From Prevotella sp. (GTDB lineage Bacteria; Bacteroidota; Bacteroidia; Bacteroidales; Bacteroidaceae): DNA of 64,000 nt. Below are positions 39,468-50,157 of this stretch, piece after piece; the stretch's first letter is position 1; each line of letters opens with the position of its first letter. Under the pieces are notes generated by a model that was not told the DNA's origin, searched no databases, and was given only the letters and a program-made list of their open reading frames with translations. The stretch spans positions 25,364 through 89,363 of the forward strand of contig JALEKD010000039.1 of the NCBI GenBank assembly GCA_022769285.1, in the 5' to 3' direction. The position numbers and the translations under genes are program-made.

Positions 39468-40160
39468 ATGTCGTGCATATTAAGTATAGAGACAAGCACT
39501 AACGTGTGCTCCGTAGCCATGAGCGAGAACGGAGCCTGCATCTTCAATCTGGAAGACCACGTGGGGCCCAACCACAATGAGAAGCTGGGCTCATTTGTCG
39601 ACGAGGCGCTCTCATTTGCCGAAAGCCACGCTATACCGCTGGACGCGGTGGCCGTAAGTAGTGGCCCGGGGTCGTACACGGGGCTTCGCATAGGTACATC
39701 GATGGCCAAGGGCGTATGCTACGGCCGCGGCGTGAGCCTGATAGCCGTGCCTACACTGGAGCTGCTGTGCGTGCCTGTGCTGCTGAGGGAACTGGTGAGG
39801 GAGGAAGATGCTCTGCTGTGCCCTATGATAGACGCCCGCCGCATGGAGGTGTACGCCCAGCTCTTCGACAGATCGCTCAAGGAGGTACGGGGCATCCATG
39901 CCGACGTGGTAGACCACGACACATATCGCGAGTGGCTGGACGCACACCCCGTGTACTTCTTTGGCAATGGCGCTGCCAAGTGCATGGAGACCATAGACCA
40001 CCCCAACGCACACCTGATAGAGGGCATAGAGCCCCTAGCCAAGAATATGTTTCCCCTGGCCGAGCGCCGCATAGCCGAGGGTAAAACAGAGGACGTGGCG
40101 TACTTCGTGCCACTCTACCTGAAAGACTTCGTGGCCAAAATGCCCAAGAAGCTGCTCTGA
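39468..40160 (+). CDS. tsaB: tRNA threonylcarbamoyladenosine biosynthesis protein TsaB
   Basis: IETST, GPGSYTGLRIG and IDARRMEVY. Confidence 0.95.
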   Translation: MSCILSIETSTNVCSVAMSENGACIFNLEDHVGPNHNEKLGSFVDEALSFAESHAIPLDAVAVSSGPGSYTGLRIGTSMAKGVCYGRGVSLIAVPTLELLCVPVLLRELVREEDALLCPMIDARRMEVYAQLFDRSLKEVRGIHADVVDHDTYREWLDAHPVYFFGNGAAKCMETIDHPNAHLIEGIEPLAKNMFPLAERRIAEGKTEDVAYFVPLYLKDFVAKMPKKLL

Positions 40161-40232
40161 CGAAAGGGCTGCCGGCACAGCCGCGACAGCCGCTACGCTT
40201 ATCACCACAATCAACTACACATTATATATTAT

Positions 40233-40832
40233 ATGGAAATAGAAGGACTTGACTATAATACCCAGCGAGAGAAGCTAAGGCTGCCCGAGTACGGCCGCGA
40301 GATACAGAAGATGGTAGACTACGCCGTGGAGCTTCCCTCCAAGAGCGAGCGGCAGCACTGCGCCGAGGCCATTGTAGCCATCATGGATCGCATGTACCCC
40401 ATGAACCGCGAGAATGTAGACTACCAGCAGAAGCTATGGGACCACCTGGCTATTATGAGCGACTTCAAGCTCGACATAGACTGGCCATATAATATAGAGC
40501 AGGCACGAACCATCACCACCAAGCCACAACCTATGCCCTATCCCATGTCCAAAATTCCGGTAAGGCATTACGGCAAGATGATGTTCGAACTCTTTGACAA
40601 GCTCAAGACCATGGCGCCTGGCAAGGAGCGCGACGAGCTGATCAAGCTGACGGCTAACCAGATGAAGCGAAACCTCTACCAGTGGAGCCATGGTTCAAGC
40701 GACGATGAGAAGGTGGCTTCAGACCTGGCCAAGTTTACCGATGGTAAGGTACAGCTTGACTTGCAGAAATTCAAGTTCGAGAAAATAGACTACCGCGACA
40801 CTGAGCGGAAACGTAACACGAAGCGCAAATAA
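40233..40832 (+). CDS. DUF4290 family protein
   Basis: LDYNTQR..L.LPEYGR and KLWDHL; conserved Bacteroidetes neighbour of murA. Confidence 0.85.
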   Translation: MEIEGLDYNTQREKLRLPEYGREIQKMVDYAVELPSKSERQHCAEAIVAIMDRMYPMNRENVDYQQKLWDHLAIMSDFKLDIDWPYNIEQARTITTKPQPMPYPMSKIPVRHYGKMMFELFDKLKTMAPGKERDELIKLTANQMKRNLYQWSHGSSDDEKVASDLAKFTDGKVQLDLQKFKFEKIDYRDTERKRNTKRK

Positions 40833-40848
40833 CAAGACAGCCATAGCC

Positions 40849-42159
40849 ATGGAATCATTTATCATCGAGGGCGGTCACAGTCTGACTGGCGAGATTACAC
40901 CGCAGGGCGCCAAGAACGAGGCATTAGAGGTTATCTGTGCCACGCTGCTCACCAGCGAGCCCGTCCGTATCAGCAACATCCCCGAGATACTGGATGTATG
41001 CAACCTCATCAGACTTTTGCAGGACATGGGGGTCAATGTGGTACGCAATGCCCCCAATGACTACACATTTCAGGCTCAGACGCTCAACCTGGAGTACTTG
41101 GCGAGCGACGAGTTTGTCCGCAAGTGTGCCTCGCTGCGTGGCTCGGTGCTCACCATCGGCCCACTGTTAGGCAAGTACGGCCAGGCCACCGTGGCCCAGC
41201 CTGGCGGCGACAAGATAGGGCGTCGCCGGCTTGACACCCACTTCATCGGCTTTCACAAACTGGGTGCCCAGTTTGTCCACGATGAGCAACGCAACGTGTT
41301 CGACATACAGGCGCAACACCTCAAGGGCTGCTACATGCTGCTCGACGAGGCTTCGGTAACCGGCACGGCCAACATTATCATGGCCGCCGTACTCGCCCAG
41401 GGGACCACCACTATATATAATGCGGCCTGCGAACCCTATATCCAGCAGTTGTGCCACTTGCTCAACCGCATGGGGGCCCGCATCAGCGGCATAGCCTCTA
41501 ACCTGCTCACCATCGTGGGCGTAGACAAGCTACATGGGGCCACGCACACCATACTGCCCGACATGATAGAGGTGGGATCGTTCATTGGCATGGCCGCCAT
41601 GGTGGGCAAGGGCATACGCATCAAGGATGTGTCGCTGCCCAACCTGGGTCTTATCCCCGATGCCTTCCGCAGGTTAGGAATAACCATCAAGGAGGAAGGC
41701 GATGACCTCTTTATTCCCCAGCAAGACCACTATGAGGTAGAGTCGTTTATAGATAACTCTATCATGACGCTCTCTGACGCGCCCTGGCCTGGACTTACGC
41801 CCGACCTACTATCCGTACTCATCGTGGTGGCCACCATGGGACACGGCAACGTGCTCATTCACCAGAAAATGTTTGAGAGCAGACTGTTCTTCGTGGACAA
41901 ACTCATTGACATGGGGGCTCAGATTATCCTGTGCGACCCTCACCGAGTGGTGGTCAATGGCAATGACCACGCCAAGAAACTCCGCGCCGGACGCATGACC
42001 AGCCCGGACATCAGGGCGGGCATAGCCCTGCTCATAGCAGCCATGAGTGCCAACGGCACCAGTCGCATAGACAACATAGCGCAGATAGACCGTGGCTACG
42101 AGGATATAGAGAACCGCCTAAACAGGCTGGGCGCACATATACAACGTATCGTAAGCTGA
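40849..42159 (+). CDS. murA: UDP-N-acetylglucosamine 1-carboxyvinyltransferase
   Basis: GAKN, PGGDKIGRR, SVTGT, PDIRAG and IDRGYE. Confidence 0.96.
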   Translation: MESFIIEGGHSLTGEITPQGAKNEALEVICATLLTSEPVRISNIPEILDVCNLIRLLQDMGVNVVRNAPNDYTFQAQTLNLEYLASDEFVRKCASLRGSVLTIGPLLGKYGQATVAQPGGDKIGRRRLDTHFIGFHKLGAQFVHDEQRNVFDIQAQHLKGCYMLLDEASVTGTANIIMAAVLAQGTTTIYNAACEPYIQQLCHLLNRMGARISGIASNLLTIVGVDKLHGATHTILPDMIEVGSFIGMAAMVGKGIRIKDVSLPNLGLIPDAFRRLGITIKEEGDDLFIPQQDHYEVESFIDNSIMTLSDAPWPGLTPDLLSVLIVVATMGHGNVLIHQKMFESRLFFVDKLIDMGAQIILCDPHRVVVNGNDHAKKLRAGRMTSPDIRAGIALLIAAMSANGTSRIDNIAQIDRGYEDIENRLNRLGAHIQRIVS

Positions 42160-42168
42160 CCCGAGGAT

Positions 42169-42690
42169 ATGATTAGACCAGAAGAGGTATTCCTGATAGG
42201 TAAGTTGGGGCGTCCCCACGGCGTAAAGGGCGAGATCACCTTTATATTCACCGACGATGTATTCGACAGGGCCGACGCTGAGTATCTGCTGTTGGAACTG
42301 GACGGCATACTGGTGCCCTTCTTCATGGAGGAGTACCGCTTCAAGAGCGACGAGACGGCCCTGATGAAGTTCTGCGACATCGACACACAGGAACAGGCCC
42401 GCCGCCTTACCGGGGCCAAGGTCTTCTTTCCGCGCGCCCTGTCCAACAGCTCAGAGGATGGCCTCTCCTGGAGCGAGATAGTGGGCTTCAGCCTGATGGA
42501 TGCCGCCACGGGACAGCTGGTGGGAACCATCGCCCAGGTAGACGACTCTACCATCAACACCCTGTTTGACATACACACTCCCAAGGGCGACAACCTGCTC
42601 ATACCGGCCCACGCCGAACTGATAGAGAAGGTAGATGCCGAGGTCAAGACCATCTGGGCCAGGCTGCCCGAGGGCATTTTAGACATATAG
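42169..42690 (+). CDS. rimM: ribosome maturation factor RimM
   Basis: IGKLGRPHGVKGE and C-terminal LPEGIL. Confidence 0.93.
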   Translation: MIRPEEVFLIGKLGRPHGVKGEITFIFTDDVFDRADAEYLLLELDGILVPFFMEEYRFKSDETALMKFCDIDTQEQARRLTGAKVFFPRALSNSSEDGLSWSEIVGFSLMDAATGQLVGTIAQVDDSTINTLFDIHTPKGDNLLIPAHAELIEKVDAEVKTIWARLPEGILDI

Positions 42691-42697
42691 ACTGACA

Positions 42698-43852
42698 ATG
42701 AAGAAACAAATCTGCATACTGGGCAGTACAGGGTCCATAGGCACGCAGGCGCTCGACGTCATCGCGCAGCACCCAGACCTCTACGAGGTGTACTGTCTTA
42801 CTGCCAACAACCGCGTGGCCGAACTGGCACGACAGGCGCGCCGCTTCAAGCCGGCCGCCGTGGTCATAGCCAATGAGGAACGATACGCAGAACTCAGCGC
42901 TATGCTGGCCGACCTGCCCGACATCAAGGTCTACGCCGGCAAGGATGCCCTGAGCCAGATAGTAGAGGCCGAGCCGATAGACATGGTGCTCACCGCCATG
43001 GTGGGGTTTGCCGGCCTCACGCCCACGATACACGCCATCAAGGCCGGGAAGAAGATTTGCCTGGCCAACAAGGAAACCCTGGTCGTGGCAGGCGAACTTA
43101 TCTGCCAGCTGGCCCAGAAATACCACGCCGCGATACTCCCGGTAGACTCCGAGCACAGCGCCATTTTCCAGTCGTTGGTGGGCGAGGGCGACAATGCCAT
43201 CGACAAGATACTGCTTACCTGCTCGGGCGGCCCCTTCCGCCACTATAGCCACGAGCAGCTACGCTCCGTGACCGCCGCCGACGCGCTCAGGCATCCCACA
43301 TGGACCATGGGGGCCAAGATTACCATCGACTCGGCCTCGCTGATGAACAAGGGCTTCGAGGTCATCGAGGCCAAGTGGCTCTTTGGTGTCGAGGCCGACC
43401 GCATACAGGTACTTATCCATCCACAGAGCATCGTACACAGCGCCGTGCAGTTTGTCGACGGCTCCGTCAAGGCCCAGTTGGGCGTGCCCGACATGCGCCT
43501 GCCCATACAGTACGCCTTCTCTTACCCCAACAGGCTCCCCCTCAGCGGAGAGCAGCTCAACCTGTTTGGCAAGAGCCTCGAATTTGCCGAGCCCGACACA
43601 GATAAGTTCAAGTGCCTGGCCCTAGCATTTGCCGCCATACGCACGGGCGGCAACATGCCCTGCATTGTCAACGCCGCGAACGAGGTGGTCAACGAGGCGT
43701 TTCGCTCTGGGCGCTGCGGGTTCCTCGATATGGCCGACATCATCGAGCGCACGATGGCCTCGGTGACCTTTGACGCCAGCCCCGACTACGATGTGTACAT
43801 ACAGACCGATGCGGAGGCACGGCGAGTGGCCTCCGAATTACTCAACAGATAA
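42698..43852 (+). CDS. dxr: 1-deoxy-D-xylulose-5-phosphate reductoisomerase
   Basis: LGSTGSIG, LANKE, PVDSEH and MGAKITIDSA. Confidence 0.97.
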   Translation: MKKQICILGSTGSIGTQALDVIAQHPDLYEVYCLTANNRVAELARQARRFKPAAVVIANEERYAELSAMLADLPDIKVYAGKDALSQIVEAEPIDMVLTAMVGFAGLTPTIHAIKAGKKICLANKETLVVAGELICQLAQKYHAAILPVDSEHSAIFQSLVGEGDNAIDKILLTCSGGPFRHYSHEQLRSVTAADALRHPTWTMGAKITIDSASLMNKGFEVIEAKWLFGVEADRIQVLIHPQSIVHSAVQFVDGSVKAQLGVPDMRLPIQYAFSYPNRLPLSGEQLNLFGKSLEFAEPDTDKFKCLALAFAAIRTGGNMPCIVNAANEVVNEAFRSGRCGFLDMADIIERTMASVTFDASPDYDVYIQTDAEARRVASELLNR

Positions 43853-43872
43853 AATCAGCTATCATATCTATA

Positions 43873-45261
43873 ATGGAAATATTTTTAATCAGGCTACTTC
43901 AGTTTATATTAGCCATCTCCTTACTCGTATTCCTGCACGAGGGAGGCCACATGTTCTTCGCCAAGCTCTTCGGAATAAGAGTTGAGAAATTCTTCATCTT
44001 CTTCGACGTTAATATCGGCAAGTGGTCGGGCAAGCTCTTCAGCTTCCGCCCGCGCCGCAGCGATACCGAGTACGGTATGGGCTGGCTCCCGCTCGGCGGT
44101 TACTGCAAGATAGCCGGCATGATTGATGAAAGCATGGACACGGAGCAAATGGCCAAGCCGGCCGAGCCGTGGGAATTTAGATCCAAGCCGGCCTGGCAGC
44201 GACTGCTGGTAATGATAGGAGGTGTGCTGGTCAACTTTGTGCTGGCACTCATCATCTACGCGATGGTACTCTTTGTCTGGGGCGAGTCGTATATACCCGT
44301 CAAGGACATGACCATGGGCATGAAGTTCAATACCGAGGCCAAGCAGTTAGGCTTCCAGGATCACGACATCCTCCTTGGTACCGATCAGGGCACCTTCAAG
44401 GACTTCAACGCCGACCTGGTACGTGGCCTCTCCAAGGCTCACCGTGCCGACATCATCCGCGACGGCCGCCACATGAGCATACACCTGCCCGGCGACCTCA
44501 ACCTGCTCAATATGATTAAGGATGTGCCGCCATTCGTGCGCCCGTTCGTACCGGCCGAGGCCGCCGAGATACAGGCAGGGTCGCCGGCACAGAAGATAGG
44601 CATGAAGAAGGGCGATCGCATCGTGGCAGTCAACGCCACGCCGATAGACTCGTGGAACGCCTACCAGGCGCTGATGACCAGCGTAAGCCAGAAGATGGAA
44701 CAGACGCAGACCCACAGGGACAGCATGGCGCTGCGCACCGTCACCATCAGCTACGTGAGCCAGGGCGACACCCTGAAGCGGGCCGCCACACTTACCCCCG
44801 ACCTCAAGCTGGGTGTGGGCATGACCTCCATCCTGGACTACTACACCCCGGTACAGGTAGAGTACGGCTTTATCGAAAGCATACCGGCCGGCATACGCTA
44901 CGGAGTTAACACCCTGTCGGGCTATGTAGGCGATATGAAGTACGTGTTTACTGCCGACGGTGCCAAGAGTCTCGGCGGCTTCGGGGCCATAGGCAGCCTG
45001 TTCCCCCCGACGTGGGACTGGCACATGTTCTGGCTTATGACGGCTTTCCTGAGTATCATCCTCGCCTTTATGAACATCCTGCCCATCCCCGCACTCGACG
45101 GCGGGCACGTGCTGTTCCTCCTCTACGAGATGATAACCCGCCGCAAGCCCTCCGAGAAATTCATGATCTACGCCGAGTACATCGGCATAGGCATACTGAT
45201 ACTGCTCATGTTGGTAGGCAACCTCAATGACGTGCTGCGCTTCGTGGGCCTTATGCGCTAA
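43873..45261 (+). CDS. rseP: RIP metalloprotease RseP
   Basis: HEGGH, PLGGY, PDZ domain and NILPIPALDGGH. Confidence 0.95.
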   Translation: MEIFLIRLLQFILAISLLVFLHEGGHMFFAKLFGIRVEKFFIFFDVNIGKWSGKLFSFRPRRSDTEYGMGWLPLGGYCKIAGMIDESMDTEQMAKPAEPWEFRSKPAWQRLLVMIGGVLVNFVLALIIYAMVLFVWGESYIPVKDMTMGMKFNTEAKQLGFQDHDILLGTDQGTFKDFNADLVRGLSKAHRADIIRDGRHMSIHLPGDLNLLNMIKDVPPFVRPFVPAEAAEIQAGSPAQKIGMKKGDRIVAVNATPIDSWNAYQALMTSVSQKMEQTQTHRDSMALRTVTISYVSQGDTLKRAATLTPDLKLGVGMTSILDYYTPVQVEYGFIESIPAGIRYGVNTLSGYVGDMKYVFTADGAKSLGGFGAIGSLFPPTWDWHMFWLMTAFLSIILAFMNILPIPALDGGHVLFLLYEMITRRKPSEKFMIYAEYIGIGILILLMLVGNLNDVLRFVGLMR

Positions 45262-45289
45262 CACATACATAAAAGTACTATATATAACC

Positions 45290-46375
45290 ATGGGAAAAAT
45301 AATATTGACTGGCGACCGCCCCACAGGCAAGTTGCACTTAGGCCACTACGTCGGCTCGCTCCGGCGGAGAGTCATGCTGCAGGACGAAGGGGCTTACGAC
45401 CGCATGTTTGTATTCATGGCCGACGTACAGGCCCTTACGGACAACGCCGACAATCCTGAGAAGATACGGCAGAACATCATTGAGGTGGCCCTGGACTACC
45501 TCTCGTGTGGGCTCGACCCCACCCGCTGCACACTGTTCATCCAGAGTCAGATACCAGAGCTGGCCGAACTCACCACGTACCTGATGAACCTCATCAGCGT
45601 GGCTCGCGTACAGCGCAACCCCACCGTGAAGACCGAGATCAAGATGCGCAACTTCGAGTCCAACATCCCCTTGGGGTTCTTCTGTTACCCGGTGTCTCAG
45701 GCAGCCGACATCACCGCCTTCAAGGCCACTACCGTGCCCGCCGGCGAGGATCAGGAGCCTATGCTCGAGGTGACGCGCGAACTGGTGCGCCGCTTTAACC
45801 AGACCTACGGCGACGTGCTGGTAGAGCCGGCCATCATGCTGCCCCCCAATGCCACCGCCCGCCGTCTGCCGGGTACCGATGGCAAGGAGAAGATGAGCAA
45901 GAGCCTGGGCAACTGCATCTACCTGAGCGACGATGCCGCCACGGTATGGAAGAAGGTCAAGAAGATGTCCAACGGTGAGCCCCGCATGAGCATGGAGGAG
46001 CCTGGCCACCTGGAGGGCAACGCCGTGTTTACCTATCTGGAGGCTTTCAGCACGCCCGAGGACTTCGCCGAGTTCTGGCCCGAGTTTCACTCGCTCGACG
46101 AGCTCAAGTCGCAGTATGTCCAGGGCGGCATCGGCGACGGCACTTGCAAGAAGTTCCTCAACAGCGTACTCAACAAGATACTTGACCCTATCCGCGAGCG
46201 CCGCCATGAGTTCGAGCAGGACATCCCCGAGATATTCCACATCCTGCAGCGCGGCTCCGAGGCTGCCCGCGAGGCTGCCGCACAGACCCTCGACGAGGTG
46301 CGCACCGCTATGCGCATCAACTACTTCGCCGATGAGGACCTTATCCGTCAGCAGGTGGCCAAATACAGCAAGTAG
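45290..46375 (+). CDS. trpS: tryptophan--tRNA ligase
   Basis: TGDRPTGKLHLGH, QAADI, GEDQ and KMSKS. Confidence 0.96.
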   Translation: MGKIILTGDRPTGKLHLGHYVGSLRRRVMLQDEGAYDRMFVFMADVQALTDNADNPEKIRQNIIEVALDYLSCGLDPTRCTLFIQSQIPELAELTTYLMNLISVARVQRNPTVKTEIKMRNFESNIPLGFFCYPVSQAADITAFKATTVPAGEDQEPMLEVTRELVRRFNQTYGDVLVEPAIMLPPNATARRLPGTDGKEKMSKSLGNCIYLSDDAATVWKKVKKMSNGEPRMSMEEPGHLEGNAVFTYLEAFSTPEDFAEFWPEFHSLDELKSQYVQGGIGDGTCKKFLNSVLNKILDPIRERRHEFEQDIPEIFHILQRGSEAAREAAAQTLDEVRTAMRINYFADEDLIRQQVAKYSK

Positions 46376-46397
46376 CCGCTGCCCCTACCCCACTATC

Positions 46398-46451
46398 CAT
46401 CCCCATAGACGCGCCACACCCCATCGCCGCGTCTATGGGGATGTTCTTTTT
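46398..46451 (+). terminator. rho-independent terminator after trpS
   Basis: CATCCCCATAGACGCG...CGCGTCTATGGGGATG followed by TTCTTTTT. Confidence 0.8.
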
Positions 46452-46635
46452 CAGCCTATTTACAAGCAAGCCAAGCGCACTGGACAGCGTTGCTCGCGTA
46501 GGGACTATACACAGGGCGCTGCCCCAGTCTTTATATTGCTGCGCCTACAGCGCACGCTGCTTGCAAAGTACTCGCCTAATCCTCTGAAACCGCCATGAGC
46601 CACCCTATACCAGCCATGGCTTTACCCAACATGAC

Positions 46636-46824
46636 CGCACGAAATGAAAAGACCGACCTCCACGTTTCTAAAGACGGCCCCCAGCTCGCTAATGACGGCT
46701 CCGGAAAACGTAAAGACCAATCGCCACGATTTCCACGACCGACCCTATCGCTACTAAGGAGGCTTCCTTCCCTGCGTTGTTTTACCTTTTTACTCTTACA
46801 TTCCCCTTAGGGAGCTTAGGAGCT
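46636..46824. repeat. family A element, copy 2 (cassette inverted relative to the flanking motif)
   Basis: 46636-46733 is the reverse complement of the 29043-29140 cassette; TACATTCCCCTTAGGGAGCTTAGGAGCT follows on the + strand. Confidence 0.75.
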
Positions 46825-47181
46825 ACCACCTGGTATTTGGGAGAGTATCTCCTGAATATTTGGGACTACACCCTCACTCTTAACAGCCGCCAAAATATTA
46901 TTTATTGTTAACCGCAAAAAAAAGACGGTCACATTTACAATTTCAAAAGATAAATACGCTATCTTTGCCCATGTAAGTACTAACAGCGTGAATACAAATG
47001 GTTTTAAGAACATCTACCTCCATTATCACCACGCCAAACGGCTCTATTATCCCTGCATCTATCTTATATGGGGAAGCAGGGATTTACAAACCTGCTGCCA
47101 CCACTAACGTGTAAATACCAATCACACAGACCACACTGACCAAAGGGGAGAAGCCCAAAATCCGCAAGAGTAGGCACACCT

Positions 47182-48618
47182 ATGACTTCAAAACCTATAA
47201 ACAGATTTATCCTTCCTGTTTTAACAGCTGTAACATTATTGGCATCGTGCAGCAGTGCCATAACAGACACAGAAGAATTTGCCAAATTAAACGAGAGCAA
47301 GCTCCAAGAAGCCAAGGCTTTTGTATCTAAAGTCAAGTTCAAAGTTTCTGCCGTTCCCGTTAATGGCCAGCCCCTAAGAAATACATTTAAGGTAACGTTG
47401 ACCGATTTGCAAGCCATCTCAGCAGACAAGCAAGTTACAAGAAATGCCACTCCCACTGTAAATAGTATAGAGCCAGTCATCTACAACAATGATACCATTA
47501 TGTATTTGGTCAACTATCAGAAAGGCTGGAGGCTATACTCAGTAGATAAGCGCATGCCGACCATCTTGGCAGAGAACCTTGTCGAAACTGGGAAAAAAGC
47601 AGCCGACATCTTGAATAATAAAGGCATCCGGTTTTGGGTTGCTGACATCGCCGGCCAAACTGCTTACCTATCCCAGACTGACGAATATGATGAGAACTCT
47701 GAAAATCTTCAGCAGTGGTCTGGCCAAAGCAGGGGTATAAAGCGTATCCCTATCCAACCTGTTCCTGGCGAGTATATCTATGTAGGCAGAGAAGAAGTAA
47801 GCCGAACTACTGTTTACCAACCCCACCTTACCAAAACTCTTTGGCATGGCGATTACCCATTTAATTTATATTGCCCTACTATCTCTGCCTATAGCGACTA
47901 TAGGTGCGATGCTGGATGTGTAGCTGTATCAATCGGCCAATATCTGTATTTTTTACAAGACAAGTTGGGGTATTCTTTCCAAATGCCTTTGTTAGGCTCG
48001 TGCATAGGCGCGTATAATGAGGAGTATGTCCAGAGTTTTACCCGATTTAGCACTTGGAGTTTAGCTAACCTGGCCCTTACTGACAACTTTTCCCTCTATG
48101 GTTATGATCAGTTCGACAAAGTGGCTCTTACACTCGGTTATATAGGTAAAAGCACTTCCATGAAGTACACAACTTCTGGCTCTGGTTCTAATTATGGCAA
48201 CGCCCAAAAATTCTTAAATAGTATTGGTGTCAATGGCAGCTTTGAGGAAATGACTCCAAGCAGCAATCCTGTTGCAAATGTTATTTTTGACTACGAAGAA
48301 CCCGTTTTAGCAGGTGGCGTTAATGAGAAACAGAATGAAGGCCACATGTTCCTAATAGATGGTGGCAAATATGATATTGTAGAATATGAAGAAGTTTGGC
48401 GTTTCTTGGAAGACACTACTTTCTACGACCCCGACCGTTACGGTATAATCCTACGCGAGCCTGGAGGTAGCCAGAAAGAGAACTACTATTACCAGTGTAA
48501 CATTGGGTGGAACCTCAATATAACTGGCAATAGCAACGATGCTGATGACACCTACTATGTAATATCTGAAATCAAAGGATTTAGTACAAATAGGAGATAT
48601 TTTACACGTAAAAAATAA
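47182..48618 (+). CDS. lipoprotein C10 (streptopain-like) cysteine peptidase with Spi-like prodomain
   Basis: Lipobox LLASC; YLVNYQKGWRLYSVDKR prodomain; AGCVAV, GHMFLIDG and CNIGW; visibly AT-rich. Confidence 0.82.
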   Translation: MTSKPINRFILPVLTAVTLLASCSSAITDTEEFAKLNESKLQEAKAFVSKVKFKVSAVPVNGQPLRNTFKVTLTDLQAISADKQVTRNATPTVNSIEPVIYNNDTIMYLVNYQKGWRLYSVDKRMPTILAENLVETGKKAADILNNKGIRFWVADIAGQTAYLSQTDEYDENSENLQQWSGQSRGIKRIPIQPVPGEYIYVGREEVSRTTVYQPHLTKTLWHGDYPFNLYCPTISAYSDYRCDAGCVAVSIGQYLYFLQDKLGYSFQMPLLGSCIGAYNEEYVQSFTRFSTWSLANLALTDNFSLYGYDQFDKVALTLGYIGKSTSMKYTTSGSGSNYGNAQKFLNSIGVNGSFEEMTPSSNPVANVIFDYEEPVLAGGVNEKQNEGHMFLIDGGKYDIVEYEEVWRFLEDTTFYDPDRYGIILREPGGSQKENYYYQCNIGWNLNITGNSNDADDTYYVISEIKGFSTNRRYFTRKK

Positions 48619-48635
48619 CTATAAACTAATTATCA

Positions 48636-49889
48636 ATGAACATTATGAGAAAATTAACTTCCATGATTGCCCTATCGGTACTATTAGTATCGATGGCCAG
48701 TTGCTCTAACGACAGCAATGTGACCGATCAGCCCGGCGACGTAGACCTGAAGCCCATTCCCGCAGCCTACAGCAAGGTTCAGCAGATACCATTTGCCCAG
48801 CAGAGCAATGCTTTTGCCAACAGGCTGTTTACAGTACTGGCAGAACAGCCCGCAAACCAAGGCAAAAACGTATGCGTGGCTCCCATGAGCATGCAGTATA
48901 TGCTATCCATGATAGCCAATGGAGCCGAGGAGTCGCTGCAGAGAGAAATCGTAGCGGCCTTGGGATTTGAGAACATCGGTCAGCTCAATGCCGACAACCT
49001 CGCCCTGCATGACAAACTGGCACAAGACGCTGCCTATGTACAAGTGGGGCTGAGCAATGGCATGTGGCTGGACCAGCAGCGGTCGTATCTGCCTGCTTTC
49101 CAGAGCACTATGCAGAACTACTACATGGCCGACATGCAGACAGCCGGCTTCTATGACACCAAGAACCACCCCTCTATCAATGCCGCGATAGATGCCTGGG
49201 CCAAGGAGCACACTAACGGCCAGATTAAGACTCTGCCCATAGACCTGAACATACTCACCAGACTGGTCAGCGTAAGCGCCAACTACTTTGATGCCAAATG
49301 GGCCTCGCCCTTTGACCCTGCCGTAACTAAGCAGCAGCCGTTCTACAATGCCAAGGGCCAGTCGGCCAATGTTATGACCATGAGTCAGACCCTGGCCGCC
49401 AACTACTACACCGATGATGTACAGCAGATGGTAGAGCTGCCGTACGGTCAGGGCTACTTCAGCATGATAGTAGCGATGCCCAAGCAGCCAGAGCAGTTAG
49501 ATATCTTGATACAGCACGCCGACTGGTGGCGTTGGCATGAGCAGATGACCTACGGCAGGGCCGAGGTGAAGCTTCCGCGCTTTGCCATCTCATCCTGCCA
49601 GGCTGACGTTGCCACCATGCTCGATGCGCTCAACATGCCCAACGTCAACGAAGCCACCTACCCATACATAGCAACGGGCACACCCCTAGAGCTCAGCACC
49701 ATAATACACTCCGTAAGTATCAAGGTCGATGAGAACGGTACCAAGGCTGCCTCGGCAGCTGGCGGTAAGATGGACGACTTGATAGCTCCATACACACCGA
49801 CCCTCGCGTTCGACCACCCGTTCATCTTTGCCATCCGCGAGAATACCACGGGAGCCATACTCTTCATGGGCAAGGTAATGCAGCCCTAA
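48636..49889 (+). CDS. serpin family lipoprotein
   Basis: Lipobox SMASC; NYFDAKWASPF; hinge DENGTKAASAA; FDHPFIFAIRE..TGAILFMG. Confidence 0.93.
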   Translation: MNIMRKLTSMIALSVLLVSMASCSNDSNVTDQPGDVDLKPIPAAYSKVQQIPFAQQSNAFANRLFTVLAEQPANQGKNVCVAPMSMQYMLSMIANGAEESLQREIVAALGFENIGQLNADNLALHDKLAQDAAYVQVGLSNGMWLDQQRSYLPAFQSTMQNYYMADMQTAGFYDTKNHPSINAAIDAWAKEHTNGQIKTLPIDLNILTRLVSVSANYFDAKWASPFDPAVTKQQPFYNAKGQSANVMTMSQTLAANYYTDDVQQMVELPYGQGYFSMIVAMPKQPEQLDILIQHADWWRWHEQMTYGRAEVKLPRFAISSCQADVATMLDALNMPNVNEATYPYIATGTPLELSTIIHSVSIKVDENGTKAASAAGGKMDDLIAPYTPTLAFDHPFIFAIRENTTGAILFMGKVMQP

Positions 49890-49917
49890 GGCTACATAAG
49901 TAGCAGCCTCGCCTGCA

Positions 49918-49968
49918 AGCGGGAAGCCTCTCCAAACAGACAAGGGAGGGGCCTCTCGCTCTTTTTTT
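49918..49968 (+). terminator. rho-independent terminator after serpin
   Basis: AGCGGGAAGCCTCTCC...GGAGGGGCCTCTCGCT followed by a T-run. Confidence 0.7.
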
Positions 49969-50157
49969 ATCATACCGCTACAGGCTACCGTGGCAAAGAA
50001 GCCTTTTAGATATGTTAAATATTGGATTTCAAGTCCCTTGAATGTATTTTTTTCGCTATCTTTGCCAGCAACAAGAGGGCCGCGGACACGCTACCTGCCA
50101 CGTGGCCTACTGTCAGTCAGAACCATAAACCTTCTAATAGACACCATATAGATAAAC

